NCBI GenBank assembly: GCA_963717465.1 | Contig: OY970340.1 | Location: 1,376,001 to 1,440,000 of the forward strand | Direction: 5' to 3' | Length of the DNA: 64,000 nucleotides | DNA from: Candidatus Bathyarchaeota archaeon | GTDB taxonomy: Archaea; Thermoproteota; Bathyarchaeia; Bathyarchaeales; Bathycorpusculaceae | Part shown: positions 1 through 10,813 of the stretch, piece after piece | Layout: the number at the start of each line of letters is the position of its first letter | Position numbering within the stretch: the stretch's first letter is position 1 | Notes under the pieces: generated by a model | What the model saw: the letters and a program-made list of their open reading frames with translations, nothing else | Database searches by the model: none | What the model was told of the DNA's origin: nothing | Translations under genes and position numbers: made by a program

Positions 1-315
1 CCGGAAATATCGATAACGTAACAGCACTAGTAATTGCCGACGTTAAAACTATACTAGATGGTCCTAATGAAGCGATCAGTGAAATGTGGAAGCGACAACG
101 AAAGATATTTCGCGGCATATCCAACACAGGGATACAGAACTCGACACTCGCTAGGCTTTCGATCCTACTACTCCACTACAAAACATGGAGTATACAGCCA
201 AAGCATACCTTGAAACATTCAAACTTCCATTTGAAGCTTAAACCTACCTTTCTTTTTTCTTTTTTCGGTACCTGTCTTTTCAAAGGTTTTTTAAGAACTT
301 ATTTTTTAGTGAAAG

Positions 316-909
316 TCATATTATCTTTGGGATTAATCGTTTCGTTCGTTTCATGTACTGTGCATAGCTGTTGCCTAATTCTTTGACAAGGACTTTTTCT
401 TCCACGTGTATCCTGTAACCATAGACTAATCCGAAAATTGCTATATCAATAAATAATGCTGCCCAAGACTGTACTGCCAATCCCATGCCAACGAAGAAAA
501 CTAGAACTCCAGTGTACGAGGGATGTCTTACCAGACGGTAAGGCCCAGTTTCCACAATTTTATGTTCTTCCTGAACGCCTAGGATTTGAGAGAAATAGCG
601 GCCAAGTACAGCAATAGCATATTGTCTAATCATAATTCCAACAAGCATAACTGCAATGCCTATGTAATACGACCAGTCAGGCAACAAGCCAAAACCAGCC
701 TTAGCAAAGCCTACTGTAAAGGCTATGACGGCAACCCAAGAAATAATCACCATCGTGTTTGAGCCCACATTTCTCCGTTTCACTCTTGCGCCACCCCGCC
801 TTAATGCTGGAATAATTACACCCCCAATTTGTTCACAAACAAAGAAAGCAACAATTACGATTATGAAACCGACGGCTGCAGAGTTCGAAGTCAAAACTGT
901 TGAAACCAT
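316..909 (-). CDS. Isoprenylcysteine carboxyl methyltransferase (ICMT/Ste14) family membrane protein
   Basis: TM helices plus HKIVETGPYRLVRHPSYTG and RIHVEEKVL...Y..Y...TKRLIP motifs. Confidence 0.9.
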   Translation of the reverse strand: MVSTVLTSNSAAVGFIIVIVAFFVCEQIGGVIIPALRRGGARVKRRNVGSNTMVIISWVAVIAFTVGFAKAGFGLLPDWSYYIGIAVMLVGIMIRQYAIAVLGRYFSQILGVQEEHKIVETGPYRLVRHPSYTGVLVFFVGMGLAVQSWAALFIDIAIFGLVYGYRIHVEEKVLVKELGNSYAQYMKRTKRLIPKII

Positions 910-1091
910 GCTTATCGAACGCGTATTAATTATAGGTATAACTTATGTGTATCTGAAAATTCATAATACTTAGTTACATGACACGTCAAACCAAGCTAAA
1001 TGCTTCCCAAAACTTTTTTTTGGCAATTTCAATCGCTATCTTGACCGCAAGTCTTAAAAGATTTATTAAATAATTCCATTAATTGATTATC

Positions 1092-1424
1092 ATGGTTTAT
1101 TGCAGTAAATGCGGTACTCAAAATCCTGATGGTGCAAAAGTTTGCTCTAATTGCGGTGCACCCCTCTATGAAGTAGGTGCACAGTATCCTGGTAGCGAAA
1201 GGGAACATTACAAGCGAATGGAACATGAGTGTTTTGGCATACCTAATGGCGGAATGATAGTGGGCTTAATTGTAGGCTTAATAATCATAGTTGCTGGTAT
1301 AGGTATATTTTTCGGCGTTAACTTTTGGACCTATTTATGGCCGTTAATTATAATAATTTTCGGCATACTTATCATTCTGGCTGCGATTTTTGGACGACGA
1401 AGATACGGGCATCACCATTACTGA
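1092..1424 (+). CDS. Zinc-ribbon membrane protein
   Basis: MVYCSKCG...CSNCGAPL N-terminus followed by two TM helices. Confidence 0.8.
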   Translation: MVYCSKCGTQNPDGAKVCSNCGAPLYEVGAQYPGSEREHYKRMEHECFGIPNGGMIVGLIVGLIIIVAGIGIFFGVNFWTYLWPLIIIIFGILIILAAIFGRRRYGHHHY

Positions 1425-2113
1425 AAGCACGATTGACACTTGTAGCAAATTCTTCTATTATTCCATTCAGATAACGAAATCCTAAACCACAGGAGAAATA
1501 AGATTAGTCCAAATACGTAAAGGTCTAAAAGTAAACTTTTCACTATCGAATCTACCTCAACCAAGGTTACCAATGAACCAATAACAAAAACAGCGTTGAG
1601 AATTGCTTTGGCGAATCCCGAGAATTTTGTTTGAGTTAGCCCTGCAAGCATTAAGATTTCACCCATTGCAACTATCCAAATGCTCCCCCCAGTTAAACTT
1701 AGATTGCCGGAAAAGTAGAGAATGGTTCCTACTAACGCAATGATGGCTCCGACTAGCAAGCCGCTGCATGCCGCACAAAAAGTTTGCTCTCCAACTTTGA
1801 TACGATTACTTGAGAAGTTCTGGCAATCCGGATGATGACCTTTAATCTTCAAAGGTTTAGGAACCGTGTTTATTTTAGCTGGGATGTTTTGAGCATGCTG
1901 AAATGCGCCTCGACATTTTGTTGGGAAAAATACAGCTGCAATTCCTAGCAGGCAAAGAGCGCAGAACAAAACTCCAATCAGGCTGCGTTCCACCAGTGGC
2001 TGAGGATTCTCTAAATTCGGTTGCGAAACAATGGCAAAAATAAGGGCAAGTCCAATGATTGATATTAACAATGAGAATAGAATAGGAAAAATTGAAGCTT
2101 GCTGTCTATTCAT
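1418..2113 (-). CDS. Hypothetical multi-pass membrane protein with Cys/His motifs
   Basis: About 6 TM segments; GHHPDC, FCAAC and CYKC motifs; directly downstream of the radical SAM gene. Confidence 0.65.
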   Translation of the reverse strand: MNRQQASIFPILFSLLISIIGLALIFAIVSQPNLENPQPLVERSLIGVLFCALCLLGIAAVFFPTKCRGAFQHAQNIPAKINTVPKPLKIKGHHPDCQNFSSNRIKVGEQTFCAACSGLLVGAIIALVGTILYFSGNLSLTGGSIWIVAMGEILMLAGLTQTKFSGFAKAILNAVFVIGSLVTLVEVDSIVKSLLLDLYVFGLILFLLWFRISLSEWNNRRICYKCQSCFQ

Positions 2114-2121
2114 TATCTCGC

Positions 2122-3561
2122 CTAGAACATTGACTTAAATCTTCCCATTACTCCACTTTGAGCCATGTGCCAAAAAACCTCTCTTTTCAACCTGTTTTCT
2201 GAGAATAGTCCGCCAAGCCTTCGATTCCACTGTCCATAAAAGCTGCGGTAGCAGCCGTACAGTTCTTCTTGCACCTGTTGAACCGAAAGTTCTTCAGTCG
2301 GCATTATCGCGTGGATCATGTCGTAGTGTGACCAGTTTTTATCTTTAATCCAGCCGTTGCGTTTTGCTTCGTTGTAGATTTCTGTTCCTGGGAAAGGCGT
2401 GAGGGTTCCGAACATTACAAGGTCTGGGTCTAACTCGTTAGTGAATTTTTTAAGTTGGGTTATGGTTTGTTTTGTGTCTTTGCGATTGCCAATTATGATC
2501 ATGGCGTGTGCGAAAATTCCGTTTTGTTTCAGCAGGTGTACTGCTTCTTTTGCGTCCATTGGTGTTATACCTTTTTTGAAACTTTCTAATGTTTGCTGGC
2601 TCGAGTTTTCTACGCCGAGAAGTACCCAAATTAATCCTGACTTGCGCAGGCGGGGCAGTGCTTCTTTGTTGCGTATAATATCGTCGCATCGAGCTTGAAC
2701 AAACCATGTTACATCTTCGGGAAGCTTTCGCTCAATTATTTCTTCGGCTATTTCTATTGGTCGTTGTCCTGATCCGAAGTTGTCGTCAGTTAGCCAAATG
2801 AATTTGCTTCCAAATTCGCGGTTGCAGAAAGCCATTTCATCGGCTATCCGTTTTGCTGACTTGACGCGCCAGCATGCTTGCCAGTGTCGCCATTGAGTGC
2901 AAAAAGTGCATTGGTGATTGCATCCGCGGGAGCCTTCGATTAGTGCGTAGGGGTTGTTTTTTCCTCCCATGATTCTGAAGTGGTATTTTTTCAGGTTCTC
3001 TTTAACGAGGTGATATCCTGGAAAAGGTAAGTCCTCAATGTTTTCCATTAAGGGTCTGATGGAATTATGAGTGATTGCCTTGTTGTTTGTGTACGAAATG
3101 CCCTGGATATTGCTAAAGCTGGTTTTGGATTGGTGTGCTCTGATGAGTTCGGTGAATGCTTGTTCGCCTTCTCCTCGCACGATCACGTCGATTTCAGGGA
3201 ATTGCTGTAGGCTTTCTTGGGCAGTAGCGGTGAAATGTTGACCGCCTGTTACGGTTAGAACATTTGGAATAACACGTTTGGCAGTTTCAAGTGTTTTAGC
3301 TACAGCGTAAGTATTGCAGGTGGCCAATGAAGCGCAAGCTACCACGTCAGGCTTTGATGCAGCTATGCGTTGCTCCATGTTTTTCCAGTCCACTTTTTCA
3401 GCGTTGCAATCAAGCACCTCCACTCGTACATCATTCAGATGCTTTTCCAGGTACGCGCCAAGCTGAATGATGCCGTACGGCGGGGGAAGATATTCGCCCA
3501 TTACAAAGAATATGTCTTTAGGTGGCTCAATAAACAGGATTTTCAACTGTCTTTTCCTCAA
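2122..3561 (-). CDS. B12-binding domain radical SAM protein
   Basis: PPYG...GGQHFT...GEGE cobalamin-binding domain; SRGCNHQCTFC (CX3CX2C). Confidence 0.92.
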   Translation of the reverse strand: MRKRQLKILFIEPPKDIFFVMGEYLPPPYGIIQLGAYLEKHLNDVRVEVLDCNAEKVDWKNMEQRIAASKPDVVACASLATCNTYAVAKTLETAKRVIPNVLTVTGGQHFTATAQESLQQFPEIDVIVRGEGEQAFTELIRAHQSKTSFSNIQGISYTNNKAITHNSIRPLMENIEDLPFPGYHLVKENLKKYHFRIMGGKNNPYALIEGSRGCNHQCTFCTQWRHWQACWRVKSAKRIADEMAFCNREFGSKFIWLTDDNFGSGQRPIEIAEEIIERKLPEDVTWFVQARCDDIIRNKEALPRLRKSGLIWVLLGVENSSQQTLESFKKGITPMDAKEAVHLLKQNGIFAHAMIIIGNRKDTKQTITQLKKFTNELDPDLVMFGTLTPFPGTEIYNEAKRNGWIKDKNWSHYDMIHAIMPTEELSVQQVQEELYGCYRSFYGQWNRRLGGLFSENRLKREVFWHMAQSGVMGRFKSMF

Positions 3562-4030
3562 ACGTTAATGCTTTTTATAGTGAATGTTAGACTTAAAATT
3601 GCTCCTATTGTCGATTTAAAATCCAACGATAAGTATTAGACAGAACTGATGGCAAAAAGTAGAAAAACAAAAGAATTGAACATGACAGGCTTAGGCTAGT
3701 GCTCCAAAAATTTATTTGCCAAACAGGCTGTTTTCAGATAGCGTTATAGTTTAGATTTTTAATAAATTCCTCTCTTGCGCCCGGGTTTCTTGTTTGCTGC
3801 TCATTTGCACTTTTAGCTGCCATCTAGCCCTGTGGGCAGGTTCTCGACAGTCGTCAGCCGTGTGACACGCAGGGTTTACGCCAAAGAACTGAGGATGAGA
3901 ATTGAACCCTTTACCCCCAACTCAGAAGGGAAGGTGCTGGTTCACTCGCATAAGCGTTTGCTATGTCATCGGTGAAGGTGACAAAAACTATATGTTTAGC
4001 TTAACAAAATGCTTTTTTGTAGGGAAGAAT

Positions 4031-4522
4031 TTGTTGGCGATAAGACCTGCAACATTGGCTGATTTAAGTGCGATCACCGAGATTTATAACGATGCTATAC
4101 TTCACACTACTGCCACTTTTGACACTCAGCCTAAGACTTTGGAGGAACAGAACGTTTGGTTTGCAAATCACGGCTCCAAGTATCCAGTGTTGGTTGCTGA
4201 GGATGAGGGTAAAGTTCTTAGTTGGGCGTCTCTAAGTAAATGGTCTAATCGGTGTGCATACTCTGACACGGCTGAGGTCTCACTTTATGTCAGAAAAGAG
4301 TACCGCAGACAAGGAATTGGAAGACAGCTTCTTAAAGCGCTCATCTTGGAAGGCGAAAAAGTACATTTGCACACGTTGCTTGCTCTAATAACTGAGGGCA
4401 ACGAGCCAAGCATAAACCTCTTCAAATCGGAACAATTCCAAACTATTGGCGTCATGAGAGAGGTCGGCCGAAAGTTTAGCAGTCTTCTCGATGTCCACAT
4501 ACTGCAAAAAATCTATAAATAG
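4031..4522 (+). CDS. GNAT N-acetyltransferase (YncA/phosphinothricin acetyltransferase-like)
   Basis: IRPAT.ADL.AITEIYN.AI..TTATFD, RRQGIG and VGRKF motifs; start estimated at TTG 4031. Confidence 0.88.
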   Translation: MLAIRPATLADLSAITEIYNDAILHTTATFDTQPKTLEEQNVWFANHGSKYPVLVAEDEGKVLSWASLSKWSNRCAYSDTAEVSLYVRKEYRRQGIGRQLLKALILEGEKVHLHTLLALITEGNEPSINLFKSEQFQTIGVMREVGRKFSSLLDVHILQKIYK

Positions 4523-4734
4523 AATTCAATAACGGGCAGGGATTTGACCCTCAGCCTTGTGGATTCAGATAGGATTATTTTTTAACTTGTTACATAGCGA
4601 TCAAGCATTCTGCCGTATCGTGAGCTTGTCATTCTGCTCGGAAAGTAAATGAATGCTCAGAAAAGCAAAACTTTACTTGGGGCATACTAGAGTTTTTAGG
4701 GAAAAAGAGGGAGCAATCACTGAAGCAGAGAATA

Positions 4735-5515
4735 ATGGCTACAGAAAGTAGTGAAGACTTAAAACAGGAAATTGCTGATTACTGGAATAAGGGGCTTCAA
4801 ATTTGGATAAAAAATAATGTTTTGGATGAAGAGACCAAGCATAGCGAAGCTTACCAAAAAGAGTTTAGAGCTTTAGTTGGAAATGAGCAATTAAAATCTC
4901 TGGATGTAGGGACTGGGTTTGGTTTTATCGCAACAGTTTTCGCGAAAGTTGGGGCATGATGTCACTGGAATAGATATCAGTAAAGACATGTTAGTTGCTG
5001 CAGAAAAATATACTAACGAACAAAAGGTTAAGGTGCAACTCTATGAGGCATGGGCATCTGAGACTCCTTTTGGAGATAATGAATTTGATGTTGTTGTAAA
5101 CCGAGTGGTTTTCTGGACCCTCCCAGACCCCTCGAAAGCTATCAAGGAGTGGATAAGAGTGGCAAAATCAGGCGGCAGAATAATTATAATAGAGTGGGAG
5201 GGCATTGGAGGAGTTAGGAAACTTTTTCTCCAAATAATACAAGCTATGAGAGCTGTGCGAAGAGGAGAAAAAATAATAGAAAGTCAGCATAGCTATTCAA
5301 AGAGCACATGGGAAAAGCTTCCTTTCGGCCCAATGAACAAACGTTTAAGAGTTGAACAATGGCCCCAATACTTATCCTGCTTTCAAGTAGAGCAAATAAA
5401 AGTTAAAGATATCTCTTATGTCGACCAAGCGGAAAACAAAGCTTTCAGTGTTGAGTGGCTTATCAAGTATTTCCTTCCTCGTAGACTGATGATAACTTGT
5501 AAGGTAAAAAAATGA
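4735..5515 (+). pseudogene. Class I SAM-dependent methyltransferase, frameshifted near 4945
   Basis: LDVGTGFG in ORF 4735-4959 continues as KLGHDVTGIDIS...PFGDNEFD in ORF 4919-5515. Confidence 0.85.
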
Positions 5516-5638
5516 AAAGCAATGTTACATCAAAATAAAAACATGCTAAAAATTTTCTTCAGTCTGATCCTTTTTCTGTTTGGACTTTATAATGAGGAGG
5601 TTGTTAATTAGCAAAGTAAACATTTATTGATTTGAAAC

Positions 5639-6427
5639 TCAAAGTGCTGAGCTTTTTTTGATTAATGGCACGGCGATTTTTCGGGAAATTTCGCCCCCTA
5701 AATAAATAATTTTAATGTCGACGCCGTAAGTCTCTTTTAGATTGTTTTCAGTCATTACCTCGTCGACATTGCCAATCGCTATGAAAGTCTTATTTTTCAT
5801 CAAAGCGACTTTGTCTGATATATAAAAAGCATGGTCTGGAAAATGTGAGGTCATTACGATACACAATTTCTCTTTAGCAAGTTTTCTTATTAGCTCAATT
5901 GTGCGAACCTGATTAGCAATGTCCAGATGAGAAGTAGGTTCATCTAGCAACAAGATTTCTGGTGCTTGAGCCAAGACTCTTGCAAACAGTACTAGTTGCA
6001 TTTCGCCGCCGCTTAACTTTGTATAAGGCTTATCTCGTAAATGATCAATCTCTAATGTGTGAATCGCTTTTTCAGCAAGTGCGTAATCTTTCTGGGAGGG
6101 TGTCGCTAACAAATTTAAATGTGGGGTCCTACCCATAAGAACTACATCTAATACTTTATAGGGAAATGTCGGCGTATGGGTTTGTGCAATAAAACCGATT
6201 TTCTTAGCTAGGTTGGCTGGAGAAAATAGAGCAATGTCTTTGCCGCCAACTAAAACCTTACCTTTACACATTTTGTACAATCCGCCGACGCATCTTAGCA
6301 AGGTTGATTTTCCAGTTCCGTTTGGACCTAAAATGCAAAAAATTTCTCCTGAGTTTACGGAGAAAGATAAATCTTCAAAAATATTCTTGTTCGGGGTATA
6401 TGCGAACGTGACTTTGTCAGCTTCCAA
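5639..6427 (-). CDS. Iron-siderophore/cobalamin ABC transporter ATPase (FepC-like)
   Basis: GPNGTGKS, LSGGE, LLLDEPTSHLD. Confidence 0.93.
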   Translation of the reverse strand: MEADKVTFAYTPNKNIFEDLSFSVNSGEIFCILGPNGTGKSTLLRCVGGLYKMCKGKVLVGGKDIALFSPANLAKKIGFIAQTHTPTFPYKVLDVVLMGRTPHLNLLATPSQKDYALAEKAIHTLEIDHLRDKPYTKLSGGEMQLVLFARVLAQAPEILLLDEPTSHLDIANQVRTIELIRKLAKEKLCIVMTSHFPDHAFYISDKVALMKNKTFIAIGNVDEVMTENNLKETYGVDIKIIYLGGEISRKIAVPLIKKSSAL

Positions 6428-6439
6428 TTTTGCTGGCAG

Positions 6440-7471
6440 CTAAGGCCAAGCCTCCGAATTCTTCTTTAGGATGTACAAGAAAACCGGCGCGCCAACAATT
6501 GAAGTAACGATGCTGATCGGAATTTCATATGATACTAGACTTCTACAAAGAGTATCAACTATCAGAAGGAAAGAGGCGCCGAGAAGCATTGATGAGGGAA
6601 TTAAAATTTTATTGTCTGGTCCCCCTAACATGCGAGAGATTTGGGGAATCACCAAGCCAATCCAGCCGATTGTTCCACAAATGCTAATTGACGCTGCCGT
6701 GATTAAAGTAACACATACAATAAAAATTGCTTTTAGAGTGGTTGTGTTAACTCCAAGTGCCCTAGCCTCTTCATCACCCATGGATAAAGCATTGAGGCGC
6801 CATCGTAGTAAGAATAAAATTATCATGCATGTAATCAAAATAGGCGCAAGTTCATAGACGCTTGTCCAGTCAGCTGCAGCAAATGAACCAAGTAGCCAGA
6901 ACAGAATGTTGGGGAGTTTGCTTACGACGGATGAAGCGGGATTTGCATAAAGATATTCCATAAGTGATAGCATTGCTGTAAAAAGGCTTCCAATTATTAT
7001 GCCAGCCAAAACGAGCACAAGAGTTTGATTACCGCCCCAGAAGCGGCTAATCAAATAGGTTAATCCAACTGCAAGTAAACCGAATGCAAAAGCAAAAATT
7101 TGTAAGGTGTAGAAATTCTGATTTGTTATGATGGCGATGGTGGCCCCTACACTGGCCCCTGCCTGAACGCCCAGTATTGATTCGGATACTAGTGGGTTAC
7201 GGAACATCCCTTGAAAAGTGGCTCCTGAAACAGCTAGCCCTGCGCCTACAAGAATCACCGTTAACGCTCTTGGAAACCTAATGCTCCAGACAATTAAGGA
7301 GTCAACTAGCGTCCAAGATGGCTGAATATAAAAAAACTTTGACGCCAACATAAGAAGGATGGTGTAAGGGCTGATGAAGTAGCGGCCAATAAACAGCGTA
7401 ACAAAGAAAGTAGCTCCAAGTAAAATCAGAAGAGTTACTATAATTGATGGCTGACTAAGTTTCATGCCCAA
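6440..7471 (-). CDS. FecCD family ABC transporter permease
   Basis: RFPR...FRNPL, MGDEEARALGV and GWIGLVIP motifs. Confidence 0.93.
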   Translation of the reverse strand: MGMKLSQPSIIVTLLILLGATFFVTLFIGRYFISPYTILLMLASKFFYIQPSWTLVDSLIVWSIRFPRALTVILVGAGLAVSGATFQGMFRNPLVSESILGVQAGASVGATIAIITNQNFYTLQIFAFAFGLLAVGLTYLISRFWGGNQTLVLVLAGIIIGSLFTAMLSLMEYLYANPASSVVSKLPNILFWLLGSFAAADWTSVYELAPILITCMIILFLLRWRLNALSMGDEEARALGVNTTTLKAIFIVCVTLITAASISICGTIGWIGLVIPQISRMLGGPDNKILIPSSMLLGASFLLIVDTLCRSLVSYEIPISIVTSIVGAPVFLYILKKNSEAWP

Positions 7472-7664
7472 CCGCCTTATATTCTGTATTGTTTTCGATA
7501 ATTAGACTGGTCTTCTTTACGCTTGTTCTTTTGGACAGCTGGCTTTTATGATCCCACAATTTATTCAGCAAGTAGGGTTTTTTACAAAAAAAGATAGAGG
7601 GAAGGTCAGGTTTCAATTTTGTTTCCGTCTTCTTACCTCGACACTTGTTGTGGCTAATTTAGGT

Positions 7665-8762
7665 TTATGGTGCTGTCAGTATAGAGTTTGCTTGAGATCC
7701 GGACATTGTGTAGTTTAAGAACTCAGAGTAGAAGGACTGCATTGTAGTCGTCATGTTCACGTTTGCAAATATTGTTGGGTAAAGCTCTTTAGCGAGCCAT
7801 TGGTATTCTAAGGCGCTTTCAGGAGATAGACCATCCCAGTTGTATATGCCTTCAGGATTAACTATCACGTCTTTATTTTGTACAGCAGTTAAGCCTTGCC
7901 AGTTACTGTCAGCATAAATTGCGGTAGAATCGCCTGTTGTAGAATCAACTAGGACAATTTGTGGGGTATACTGTAATATAGTCTCCATATCTACGGTTTC
8001 GTACCCGTTGTTTCCGTTAGTAACGTTGCCAACGACGTTAACGCCTCCAGCTACTTGGATATAGCTATCCTCAAAAGTGTTGGCTCCTGCAATCTCTGCG
8101 CCTCCGTTAGTGATGCTTTCAGCGAATAGTATTGTTGGTCTTGAATTGATTGGGACGCCTGCGAGGGCCAATGTGATATTTGCGATTTCAGTATTGACGT
8201 ATGATGTGTATGCGTTGGCTTGGCTAATTGCATTGCCGCCGAAGAAGTTGCCTAGAAAATTTATTAGTTGTAAGTCTGTTTGGGTTGATGAGGGATTTTT
8301 TATTATAACTACTGGGATCCCCGTGCTTTCGACTTGGCTAAGTCTTGAATCAGTGGAATACATGAAGACAACTTGTGGCTTTGCTGCTAATAGTGATTCA
8401 GTGTTGACGGTTGATCCTGAGTACGGGTAGTTTGTTAGATTTAATAGTTCTGGATAAAGTTGTTTGAAGATGCTTGAGAAGCTTGTATTGACTGCAAGAT
8501 TAGGCGCAACCTCATATTTAGCAACGCCAAGCATGATAAAGTCAACGTCTACTGCTGGGTAGGGGACTGAAACTCTGGTTATGTTATAGGGGACCGTTAC
8601 GTTATTTCCTGCCATGTCAACAATAGATTTAGTGGCTGGAGTGGTTGAAGTCGTTGAAGTTGATGAGGTCTTATTGTTTAATGCATTGTAAGCAAACAGT
8701 GAACCTGCTGCCGCGATAATTAAAATCACAACAAGTATTGTTACAATTAATTTACGTTCCAT
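7665..8762 (-). CDS. Fe/B12-type ABC transporter substrate-binding protein
   Basis: N-terminal TM anchor, S/T linker, VDMAGNNVTVP, ESLLAAKP, W..LTAVQN. Confidence 0.88.
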   Translation of the reverse strand: MERKLIVTILVVILIIAAAGSLFAYNALNNKTSSTSTTSTTPATKSIVDMAGNNVTVPYNITRVSVPYPAVDVDFIMLGVAKYEVAPNLAVNTSFSSIFKQLYPELLNLTNYPYSGSTVNTESLLAAKPQVVFMYSTDSRLSQVESTGIPVVIIKNPSSTQTDLQLINFLGNFFGGNAISQANAYTSYVNTEIANITLALAGVPINSRPTILFAESITNGGAEIAGANTFEDSYIQVAGGVNVVGNVTNGNNGYETVDMETILQYTPQIVLVDSTTGDSTAIYADSNWQGLTAVQNKDVIVNPEGIYNWDGLSPESALEYQWLAKELYPTIFANVNMTTTMQSFYSEFLNYTMSGSQANSILTAP

Positions 8763-9031
8763 CTTTTTCCTCTCGCTGATTAGGCGTTTACCGACATGAA
8801 TATTTAAACATAACGCAATTTAATGTAGCTTAAAATGGGCACTTGAGGTCTTAACATTAAACGAGACACCGCATCATCAGCACTAAAAAATAACCAACAT
8901 TATTTATAGCATGAAGGAAGTCAAATTTTGAACAGACGCTCAACAAAACTTTTAAAAAATGAGATGTTTTAGCTGGCCTGCTGTCAGTTTCGCTTGCAAG
9001 ATACGTAGCGTATGCTTTGGTGGACTGCTTT

Positions 9032-9487
9032 TTATCTTATGCTGCTGAAACTTTTGTGGCCTGATTCTTCTCCGTCTAGAGAGGCGCTGTGGTCTATAAA
9101 TCCTGTTTGAAGTATTGCTCTAAGTTCGCTTCGCAAACGTGATATGTTTTTTGAATAGTTTTTAAGCATTAAGAGTATTTTGCTAAGATTCATTTGCATG
9201 GCAAACATCAAGAGCATCATAAGGCTAACTGAAAGCATTAAGCTGGTTATGGGGTTGATTAAGGCAGTTAGCAAGCCTACAATCGCCACTGCGGAAATAT
9301 AAATTATGCTTTTAACTTTTCGCATACATATCACCAATATTTGGAAGGATAAAGCTTGCTTAAATATTTTATGAAATTGGAAGTATTTAACTAAGCGCCC
9401 AATAGTCGCATGCAATGCTATTTTGAAAGGGTCTGTAATTATTCTTTCGAAAGATGCAATTGCATAACTGGCAACTTCTAAAAGCAC
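9032..9487 (-). CDS. Hypothetical small membrane protein (start uncertain)
   Basis: ORF with two hydrophobic segments in its C-terminal half; no recognisable motif. Confidence 0.4.
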   Translation of the reverse strand: MLLEVASYAIASFERIITDPFKIALHATIGRLVKYFQFHKIFKQALSFQILVICMRKVKSIIYISAVAIVGLLTALINPITSLMLSVSLMMLLMFAMQMNLSKILLMLKNYSKNISRLRSELRAILQTGFIDHSASLDGEESGHKSFSSIR

Positions 9488-10073
9488 TTAGCAATCTGGC
9501 ATTAGTACCCGGCTTTCCCCTAACGTAGCAAGTGCTGAAGCATGGATAGACGAGAAATAGCAAATTAACCCCTCTTTTTTTATTGCACCATTAGTTTCTG
9601 AGCTGTTAAGGCAAGGCAGCTTTTTGAGATGGTAAAAGCGTCGTACCCGTAAAAGCGTGTGTTTGGAAAGTGTAATGCCTGACTTAGTCCTTCAACGAAT
9701 AGATTGTTAGGTAACCATTTTCTTGCTTTAGTGTTAATTTATCCCTTGCAAGAATGGGGTCGAGCACTTTTTTTAGTTGCTCATTTAGATTTGGTTTCAA
9801 TTTTTAGGGAAAAATCGCCTGTTTTGTCTTGGTTTAACGAGATTGAGTTAACATTCAACTGTTTTGAAAGTTCCAAAATCTCGCGTAGTAAAGCTACAGC
9901 TTTTTTCCTATCCAAGTGAGCGTTCTCCTGCTTACTGACATGAAACGAACCTGTTAAAAACCTTTCATAAAAGGGTCTTTTCCTCGCAATTGTTCAACAT
10001 AAATATCCTTGAAGCACTAATCATGATTATAAGTAAACAATGAATAATTAGCCCTTCAAATTTTAAACAAGTT

Positions 10074-10313
10074 ATGGATCGGAACCGGGCAATAGCCGTG
10101 ATTGAGCAGATTTTAGGTAGCTGTGGCTTTTGCAAATCAATAGTACTCCTATTAGATCCAACCGATTGTTCAAAAATCGAGTGTAAGATAAAGATTGATG
10201 CAGATAGCAGCCAAAGGTCTGATATGTTCCAAGCGTGCGTGGAAAAAATCGTTAGAGAAAACGGTTTAGCTATTAGAAAAACAGACGCTTCGTTGATTAT
10301 TTACAAACCCTGA
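10074..10313 (+). CDS. Hypothetical protein
   Basis: 79-aa ORF with ATG start after an AT-rich promoter-like region. Confidence 0.55.
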   Translation: MDRNRAIAVIEQILGSCGFCKSIVLLLDPTDCSKIECKIKIDADSSQRSDMFQACVEKIVRENGLAIRKTDASLIIYKP

Positions 10314-10477
10314 AAGAGAGGAATAACACTAATTTTCAAAGCTCATTAGCGACAGCCTATATTTCCGTTTGGCAAACAAACGCTAAACAACCTTTTACCT
10401 AAATTGGATACTGCCAAGAGATAGACTGCGCGTAACGCAAGTATTATGCCAAGCTCAAAAAGCCAGAGTTTATCCCG

Positions 10478-10503
10478 TGGCGGGCGGGGAGGGATTCGAA
10501 CCC
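10478..10503 (-). repeat. att site: copy of the 3' end of tRNA-Arg(CCT)
   Basis: TGGCGGGCGGGGAGGGATTCGAACCC is identical to 24464-24489 (26 bp direct repeat). Confidence 0.93.
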
Positions 10504-10813
10504 CGGCTTTGCTCGTGATTTCACTCGTAAAACTCCCTTTTTTGTGCGCAGTTGGCGAACATCAGCGGAGGCTAAAACATTTAAACATAGAATTATCAAT
10601 TGCCCACATTGCGGCAAGATCATCCCAGAGTACGTTCTCAAGGGAGAATCAAGAAAGAAATTCAGTGACCTGCCCCGAGTGCGGCAGCCAGAGGAACTGT
10701 GCGCGCTATAATGCAATTAAGCGGAGAACTGCGTCAGAGGTTTAGAATAGCTGACAGCATTGTTTCATGGATAACTTCAGGGCATCCTTGAGAGTCAAGA
10801 AGGCGATTGTAAG

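Noticed and set aside
84..386. 100-aa ORF at the window start
   Set aside because: Crosses a T-rich terminator-like tract and overlaps the ICMT gene; no motif
3902..4030. N-terminal extension of the GNAT ORF
   Set aside because: Runs over a decayed tRNA-like sequence; family similarity begins near 4031
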